64,000 nt of DNA, from assembly GCA_964016885.1 (NCBI GenBank), contig OZ024743.1, positions 41,416,001 through 41,480,000 of the forward strand, read 5' to 3'. This stretch comes from Eledone cirrhosa. Taxonomy: Eukaryota. The notes under the pieces are model-generated. The model made no database searches, was not told where the DNA came from, and saw only the letters and a program-made list of their open reading frames with translations. The position numbers were made by a program, and so were the translations under genes. Position 1 is the stretch's first letter. Every line of letters starts with the position of its first letter. This document shows, one piece after another, positions 57,075 to 64,000 of the stretch.

Positions 57075-57224
57075 TATATATAATAAAAAGAAATTAAAAG
57101 ATGGTTAAAAGAGTTCCATATATTTTATTATGCGCATTTCGAATACACATTTTGTATTCGAAATGCGCATAATAAAATATGGAACTCTTTTAACCATCTT
57201 TTAATTCCTCTTTATTATATATAT
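57075..57224. repeat. Near-perfect fold-back palindrome (about 72-bp arms, 5-nt loop) with TA-rich ends
   Basis: ...ttattatgcgcatttcgaataca cattt tgtattcgaaatgcgcataataa... Confidence 0.95.
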
Positions 57225-57232
57225 ATATATAT

Positions 57233-57682
57233 ATTCATTAAAATAACAACAGGAGGCCGGACTGGAAACATTACCTTAGATTCCGTGAAAGAACTATACA
57301 TATTTCAATGGACCAGCTCTATGATCCCACTATGATTCAAAACGAGGCGATTTCATGAGGGGTTATTTGCAGAATTATGTATGAGGATTACATTGCTATC
57401 GATATATCACTAAATTACCAGACTGTCCCCGAATTGAATCGTTCCAATCTTTTCTATTTTCTATCTTCTAGTTTTTTACTCTTTCTTCTATTCTATTCTA
57501 TGTTAGTGTTCTACCTAATCTTGTTACACAATTCTGCAAATAACACATGATGGAATCACCTAGTCTTGCATGATAATCGTGTAATAGTGCTGGACCTTCG
57601 AAATATCTGTAGTGCTTTCGGGGAATTAAAATTATAAAGTAAATTTTCCAGCCCGCTCTTCTGTAATTGTTTTAATGAATAC
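57233..57682. repeat. Old inverted pLTR pair (57233-57392 / 57523-57682) with degenerate HHRs
   Basis: gttatttgcagaatt / aattctgcaaataac; attcattaaaa / ttttaatgaat; CTCATGA..GAAAT and ATGATGG..GAAAT remnants. Confidence 0.65.
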
Positions 57683-58019
57683 TTTACTCCGTTTCAAAAA
57701 CAACAAATCCGATTACGTAATTATTTGTGGTCTAATCAACCATACATATTTGGAAACGAACATATCAAAGGCGTTTTTAAAGGACTAGATAATTTTCCCC
57801 GAAATTACGCTATTTGAATATTATAAAACTTTAATAGTCATACCTGTTAAACTATCATTCTCTAAATTTCAGGACGTCACCCACACCTTAGCCAAAATTA
57901 ATTACAATAAATTAACAAAAGAAACAAAACAACTGAGGAATGGACTAATATAATCGATAGTATGAACGTAATGAACTATAACTGGATGTATAATCATAAC
58001 ACAATCAAATATGCGCTTT

Positions 58020-58200
58020 GATAATGGTTTCTGATTTCGGCACAAGATAAGCAATTTTGGGGAGAGAGGAAAATTGATTGAATCAACCATACTGCATTAC
58101 TAGTGCTTTATTTTATCGAGCATGTAAGGATGAAAGACAAAGCTCACCTTGGAGGAATTTGACCTCAGAACGTAAATGGCAGTAAAATATATGCTACAAT
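58020..58200 (-). mobile_element. Degenerate SINE copy
   Basis: ttttatcgag..taaggatgaaagacaaag. Confidence 0.75.
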
Positions 58201-58626
58201 GTTTTACCATCTAATGATAAAAACTTAATAATCTCTCTAATGGTAAAATATTCCATGTAACCTCCCTATGGGTAAAACGAACTCTACATTCTGGACATAG
58301 AAATAGCCACCATATCCAAACTTTACAAAACATGTCCAAAATAAATAATTAATGGTTAACTGCATACCATCCGAAGGTAATATGATACCAGTAACACAAA
58401 TTACCAACTGAGTATCTCAAAACTCTAGCCACAAACAACAAACAGAGACAATAGTATAACCAAGAATAAATAAACAGACCCTATAAATGTGAAAACGTTA
58501 TAGTATGAAGCAGTAATAATTTCACCCCACCGAATTTCTCTATATTAACCTCACGTTTCCATACATATTCGTCATAACACTGAAATACCATTAGCACATA
58601 GCTAGAACCTATCCATATATACCTCG

Positions 58627-58813
58627 AATAATTGTTTCTACTTTTGGCACAAGGCCAGCAATTACCCAGTGCATTACTGGTACTTTATTTTATCGACCCC
58701 GTAAGGATGAAAGGCAAAGTCAACCTCGGCGAGATTTGAACTCAGATCGTAAAGGGACGTAACTATGCTGGAAAGCATGGCGTCCGATCCTCTACCGATA
58801 CTGCCAATCCACC
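58627..58813 (-). mobile_element. SINE copy
   Basis: Near-identical reverse complement of 4355-4536. Confidence 0.92.
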
Positions 58814-59483
58814 TTGAATAATGACGATTGTTCAGTACGATCACCATATAAAAAATATGAATTAACAATGTAGTAAACTAAAACGTCGTAGGGGTTGCAA
58901 TTACGACAGCCTTGTCCTACACCCTAACAATCTAATGTAAAAAGGAACATTTAATCATATTTACTAAACCCCTTCAATTACTTTGTTAAATAAAAAAAAG
59001 TACCATAACACATTTTAATGCACACTAAAACGAAAAGTATACGTAACAGTAGTATCTAGTTCTATATAATATTCATTATCATAATTTCAATTTCGATTTT
59101 TATAGAAACTGCACGACCTCTGTTCACAAACACACGTCCTTATATATGACACAACAATACATCTCTGAAATTGTTCATTGCTAGTATTACCTGAAATATA
59201 CCAACAAGTAAACAAAATACGCGAAATACTAAAACTAATTATCTATGTTTTATGTTATATGATGTTTAGAATATCCCGTTTGCTTCTCCTATAAATAGAT
59301 CGTTCTACTACGTTACCACTTAGTTGAAACGATAACAATAATTAAGAGGACAATTAATGCAAGGAAGTTAACCTGGTCTGTCCTCGCTAGAAACAATAAT
59401 TACTCATATACATAACCAGTAACATCTTATGTTAGTAGGGTAGTCTGTTGTAGTGTATTTTCTTCTTAAGATATATTAGTATA

Positions 59484-59999
59484 TACAGCGTGTCCCCCAA
59501 AAATGTATATATGTTTTGAGGCAATATTTATTAGGATGTACAGTTTTCCCAAAAATAAAATGATCTACAGACCTTATTCAAATGTATGTAACCACGCAAA
59601 ATTGTTTCTACTTTTGGCACAAGGCCAGCAATTATCCAGTACATTACTGGTACTTTATTTTATCGACCCAATAAGGTGAAAGACAAAGTTAACCTAGGTA
59701 GGATTTGAACTCAGAATGGCAAGGGCGTAACTCTATGCGTCAAAGCATGGTGTCCAACACTCTACCAATACTGCCAATCCACCACCCATTTCATTTCATT
59801 GAAATAATTGTTTCTACTTTTGGCACAAGGTCAGCAAAAACCCAGTACATTACTGGTACTTTATTTTATCGACCCCAGTAACGATGAAATGTTAACCTCG
59901 GCGGGATTTGAACTCATAATGCATATAAAACAATTTATTTTAATTTTTTTCTTTTTTTTGCATTTGAAGTGTGTATACATTCTGTTGGGACACCCTGTA
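59484..59999. mobile_element. Tc1/mariner-like MITE containing two nested SINEs (59600-59786, 59804-59918, minus strand)
   Basis: TIRs TACAGCGTGTCCCCCAAAAATGTATA / TATACATTCTGTTGGGACACCCTGTA. Confidence 0.8.
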
Positions 60000-60297
60000 T
60001 TTTAACTCATTTACATTCGTAATTTTGTTGTTACTGTTGCTTTTTCCTATAATATGAGTGTAATTACCATACAGGACAGCATCTAGAACTAACTATAACT
60101 GATGAGAGACTGTCACATTAATTAATACGAAGAGGAGACATTTGTATTAAGAAAAAAACATTAAAATGGGCAAGAAAGAGATTGCTAAGAAAACATTGGA
60201 AATAATGGAGTATAGCTTTCACGGTGGCTAACAACATAAACCAAGCCGCTGTGATGTCTATATCTGCATCTATTTCTCTCTCCCCCTCCTATCTCTC

Positions 60298-60364
<67 letters not shown>

Positions 60365-60574
60365 ATAAATATAATTTCAGCATGTATTTATACTTGGGGA
60401 GGGTCATATTGTTATAATAATATTGCCAGAAATAATAACAGAACACACTCACCGTTTGGTTGGTTTTCGCTTCTGTATCTTTCATATCTCCATATTAAAT
60501 TCATCTGGTAATCAATGTTTATCATTGATTGACCAACGGTAAAAAAATACAGATATAAATACATATAAATAGTC

Positions 60575-60618
60575 TATCAAACTTCTTTCGTTGCACATCT
60601 GCAACATCATCAGTGGTA
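60575..60618 (-). ncRNA. Hammerhead ribozyme within an old inverted pLTR pair (about 60385-60450 / 60665-60735)
   Basis: Minus strand TACCA CTGATGA T GTTGCA gatg TGCAAC GAAA G AA GTT TGATA. Confidence 0.68.
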
Positions 60619-61503
60619 CAATTATTATGTTCCCTCCCATGTATTGTATTGTAAAGTCTACGCCATTTTTGTTTTATTTGTTTATTAATATTATTCCAAC
60701 AATATGACCCCCCACCCCCACACACCCAAGTATAATGATATTTGTTTCGACACACGATTTCATATCAAAAACCTTGGAAAACAAATATATATACTATGAG
60801 GATAAGGAACAAGGAATCAGTTTTGCATCATAGCATATTTAATAAGACATTACATGTTTCACCATCGATCTACTCGAGGCAAGACCTATTACAGATCGAA
60901 CCTGACTCTGTAATCGAAAGATCGTCAGATATGCTTAGTATATGATTTCCTGGAGACGAAATCATATACTAAGTTCAACTACATTCACGATGCTGTAGTA
61001 ATATTAGTCAATATTGTCCATGTAAAGTGCACATAAAATTCATTGTCCGTCCGTTCTAAGATGAAGTTAAAGGTGGCCTCGAGTCCTGTGCGAAACGTCT
61101 GGTGTTGCAAGAAGATAAGCGGTTTCACGCTGCTTTTGGTCCTCTTAGATGTTCAGTCGAGAGTTTGTGCATAATTTCAAGTCCATCCACTAGTGGGGAT
61201 ATCTAATATGTGTAATAGGTCCCCGTGGTGGAAGGAATTTCAAGGTGTAGTCGATAGCTGGTGCCTCCACTTCTTCATATATATACACCACAAAGCACTC
61301 AACATTTATGAGCTAAATTATTACGGTAAATATTGATGCAATTCAATTCAAGCAATGTACGTTTTTTATCCAGATAGAATAAAAAAAAAAATGAGAAGTA
61401 GTTTCAGATGTTAATTTCCTTTATTAATAAGGCTGTGATACATATTTCAATAACGACAGTGGCCACGCCATTCCGCCTAACGAGTGCCATGATCTCACCA
61501 GAC

Positions 61504-61911
61504 AGAAGTAAGTGACATAGTCACTATTTTAAAACAATAGCGTAAGGTCTTCAAAATGCTTTTAATTAGGCTTACAGTATATTACCAAATACACTATATA
61601 TACATTCATATATACATTGCTATTTCGGAGCACCAATTCTAATTTTCATTTTTTTGCTGGTCCGGCAACCGCTCGGTATAATCAGTTCCTGGATATTAGT
61701 TGAATTCTATAAGAATCCAACATACATAATTTTCAACAAACAAGGGGAATGCTAAGCTCTGAGAAATACCGACAGAATGAAACAGAGATCTGTCAGCTTA
61801 TCTCCCTTTGTTTGTTGAAAAAAGAAGTAAGTGACATTAAAAATGCTTTTAATTAAGCATACAGGTTATTACCAAATACACTATATATACATCGCTATTT
61901 CAGAGCACCAA

Positions 61912-61918
<7 letters not shown>
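61504..61918. repeat. Diverged direct repeats (61504-61643 / 61823-61918) around a short inverted repeat (61731-61750 / 61803-61821)
   Basis: agaagtaagtgacat...aaaatgcttttaatta...attaccaaatacactatatatac...gctatttc.gagcaccaattctaat occurs twice. Confidence 0.75.
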
Positions 61919-61984
<66 letters not shown>

Positions 61985-62135
61985 ATACTTTGGGAGGGTC
62001 ATGTTGCCAATAAGAAACACACGCACCAGTTGCTTTCACTTCAATTTAATTTATTAAATATTTATAAATTTACAAATTTATAAATTTCTGGTTGGTTGGT
62101 TGGTTCCACAACCAGATAGTTGTTTATATATATAT

Positions 62136-62180
62136 AGTCATAGTTCTTTCGTCACACACTCTGTGACCTCTTCAGTGACT
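62136..62180 (-). ncRNA. Minimal type I hammerhead ribozyme (mirror copy)
   Basis: Exact reverse complement of 62871-62915. Confidence 0.82.
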
Positions 62181-62372
62181 GGGGATTTCTTTCTTCGTTT
62201 CTGTGCCTTTCCTTTCTTCTATCCTACGCCATTTTGTTTGTGTGTGGGTTGCGTGCTCAGTTTGCGCATGCGCCACATCCGGGTGTCTGTGTGTGTTTGT
62301 GTTCATTTTTCTATTTTTCTATTTATATTTTTTTTTATTTGTTTGTTTATTTATTTATTTATTGTTGGTTGA

Positions 62373-62585
62373 TACCTCCAAGATAATAAAGAATCATCTG
62401 TACTCTACCAACATGCTAAGATAGAACACAGGGGTAAATTAGAGAGCATAGAAATAAAAATAGAATCCACACACAAGAAAGACGCAATGTTTAGGCAAAT
62501 TACAGAGGCAGTAAGCATAAAAGAATTAAAACCAAAATTAAATAGAAAATATGAGTGGAACAGCAACATCACAACTTACAATTAA
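62373..62585 (+). pseudogene. Open GIY-YIG endonuclease C-terminal fragment (absent from the ORF track)
   Basis: YLQDNKESSVLYQHAKIEHRGKLESIEIKIESTHKKDAMFRQITEAVSIKELKPKLNRKYEWNSNITTYN*, with conserved H...H, RQ..EA..I and LN.K.EW. Confidence 0.8.
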
Positions 62586-62870
62586 GGACAAAATGAAAAC
62601 ACACACACACATCGAACAAACAACTTACAATTGAAAACACACACAAAATGAAAACACACACACACATAGAACAAACAACCAACCAACAATAAATAAATAA
62701 ATAAACAAACAAATAAAAAAAAATATAAATAGAAAAATAGAAAAATGAACACAAACACACACAGACACCCGGATGTGGCGCATGCGCAAACTGAGCACGC
62801 AACCCACACACAAACAAAATGGCGTAGGATAGAAGAAAGGAAAGGCACAGAAACGAAGAAAGAAATCCCC

Positions 62871-62915
62871 AGTCACTGAAGAGGTCACAGAGTGTGTGAC
62901 GAAAGAACTATGACT
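62871..62915 (+). ncRNA. Minimal type I hammerhead ribozyme
   Basis: AGTCA CTGAAGA G GTCACA gagtg TGTGAC GAAA G AA CTA TGACT: 5-bp stem I, 6-bp stem II, CUA site. Confidence 0.82.
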
Positions 62916-63299
62916 ATATATATATAAACAACTATCTGGTTGTGGAACCAACCAACCAACCAGAAATTTATAAATTTGTAAATTTATAAATATTTAATAA
63001 ATTAAATTGAAGTGAAAGCAACTGGTGCGTGTGTTTCTTATTGGCAACATGACCCTCCCAAAGTATAACAATATCGGTTTCAACACACGATTTCAGATAA
63101 AGAATCTTGCTAAACAAATTCAGAAACGATATATATATATATATTTATATTTATTCAGGTTTGAGGTTCACCACTGTATAGAGCTGGTTTATTCCGTATG
63201 GTCAATCGTAATGCAATAATATAGAGAGTACTCAACGTAAAGCAGTTCAACCGTCTTTGTTTTTGTAGTTGGTGGTGCTATTACGGAGTTAAATATTAT

Positions 63300-63502
63300 A
63301 ATGAAATGACAGGAGGCTGGATTTGTGTAAATCCTTGAAAGGTTTATTATACTATGATCATTTCAATGACCGGGTTCCGTATGAATCCGGTGATATCACC
63401 TGATGATATCACCGGATTCATACGGAACCCGGTCATTGAAATGATCATAGTATAATAAACCTTTCAAGGATTTACACAAATCCAGCCTCCTGTCATTTCA
63501 TT
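63300..63502. repeat. Perfect 99-bp-arm palindrome with 5-nt loop, containing an HHR core; followed by (TA)n
   Basis: Arms 63300-63398 / 63404-63502 with loop CCTGA; the + strand reads CTGATGA tatc ACCGG...CCGGT catt GAAAT GATC ATA. Confidence 0.95.
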
Positions 63503-63504
63503 GT

Positions 63505-63588
<84 letters not shown>

Positions 63589-64000
63589 TATAAATATTGA
63601 TTGTTAGTTCTTGTATCTCATTCTGTTATTTTGCCCGATAAAATATCTATATGTGTCATTTAGCGGTGCGCTGATATGAATATTTTTTCATATCCAATTG
63701 AGGTCTTAGCACGTAGCTTGAATTCTTGTTAGAGTTCAACGACTTGCGCATGTATTGATTTTGGCGGTAGCCTCCTCCCTCCCATTGTCGGGACAATGTG
63801 AGATTTTCTTTAGAACTGCTGGTCTAACAACCTATCAGCTCCCTCAAACACTGATGCTGATTATCGCTAATTATTGATGTTGATTTGGTTATCAATATTA
63901 GTATTATTGGGTTACCCACTGAAGATTTATAAGAGCCCACTTTAATAAGTATCTGTTGATCTTATACAAGCTCCTACATAACTTGGTATATTTTCAGCCT

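Larger units (their letters stand above)
61977..63074 (+). mobile_element. Young 5'-truncated PLE with about 395-bp perfect inverted pLTR arms (61977-62371 / 62680-63074)
   Basis: Identical ORF translations on both strands; the spacer encodes a GIY-YIG C-terminus; the left end is in (TA)n. Confidence 0.93.

Noticed and set aside
60099-60140. Isolated CTGATGA motifs (also at 8762 and 54842)
   Set aside because: No convincing GAAA box with stems I-III; may be decayed HHRs but not supportable.
63740-63800. tagcctcctccct plus the cattgtc/gacaatg hairpin as an HDV-like ribozyme
   Set aside because: Could not assign P1, P2, P3 or a J4/2 CNRA consistently.

Overview
Eukaryotic, AT-rich, repeat-saturated non-genic DNA. 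The SINE family and the microsatellite load suggest an octopus or other coleoid cephalopod; this is an inference. No intact host gene is evident, and almost all ORFs in the supplied track are microsatellite artefacts. Real content: (1) a near full-length, decayed Tx1/L1-clade LINE (35.26-40.97 kb) sitting inside a (TC)n tract; (2) about 20 copies of one tRNA-derived SINE; (3) RTE, R4/Dong and CRE LINE fragments plus bipartite non-autonomous RTE elements; (4) two MITEs; (5) a probable decayed class A GPCR pseudogene on the minus strand (26.8-29.0 kb). The most striking signal is a dense population of Penelope-like element (PLE) remnants from several sequence families, many next to (TA)n, arranged as inverted repeats or fold-back palindromes and carrying minimal type I hammerhead ribozyme (HHR) motifs (about 15 readable by eye). 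Two families use a U3-A8 core instead of C3-G8. Several have 60-110 nt stem II expansions. Several palindromes turn round inside the ribozyme, and one copy has a template jump at the predicted cleavage site. All calls were made by eye; coordinates of degenerate elements are approximate.
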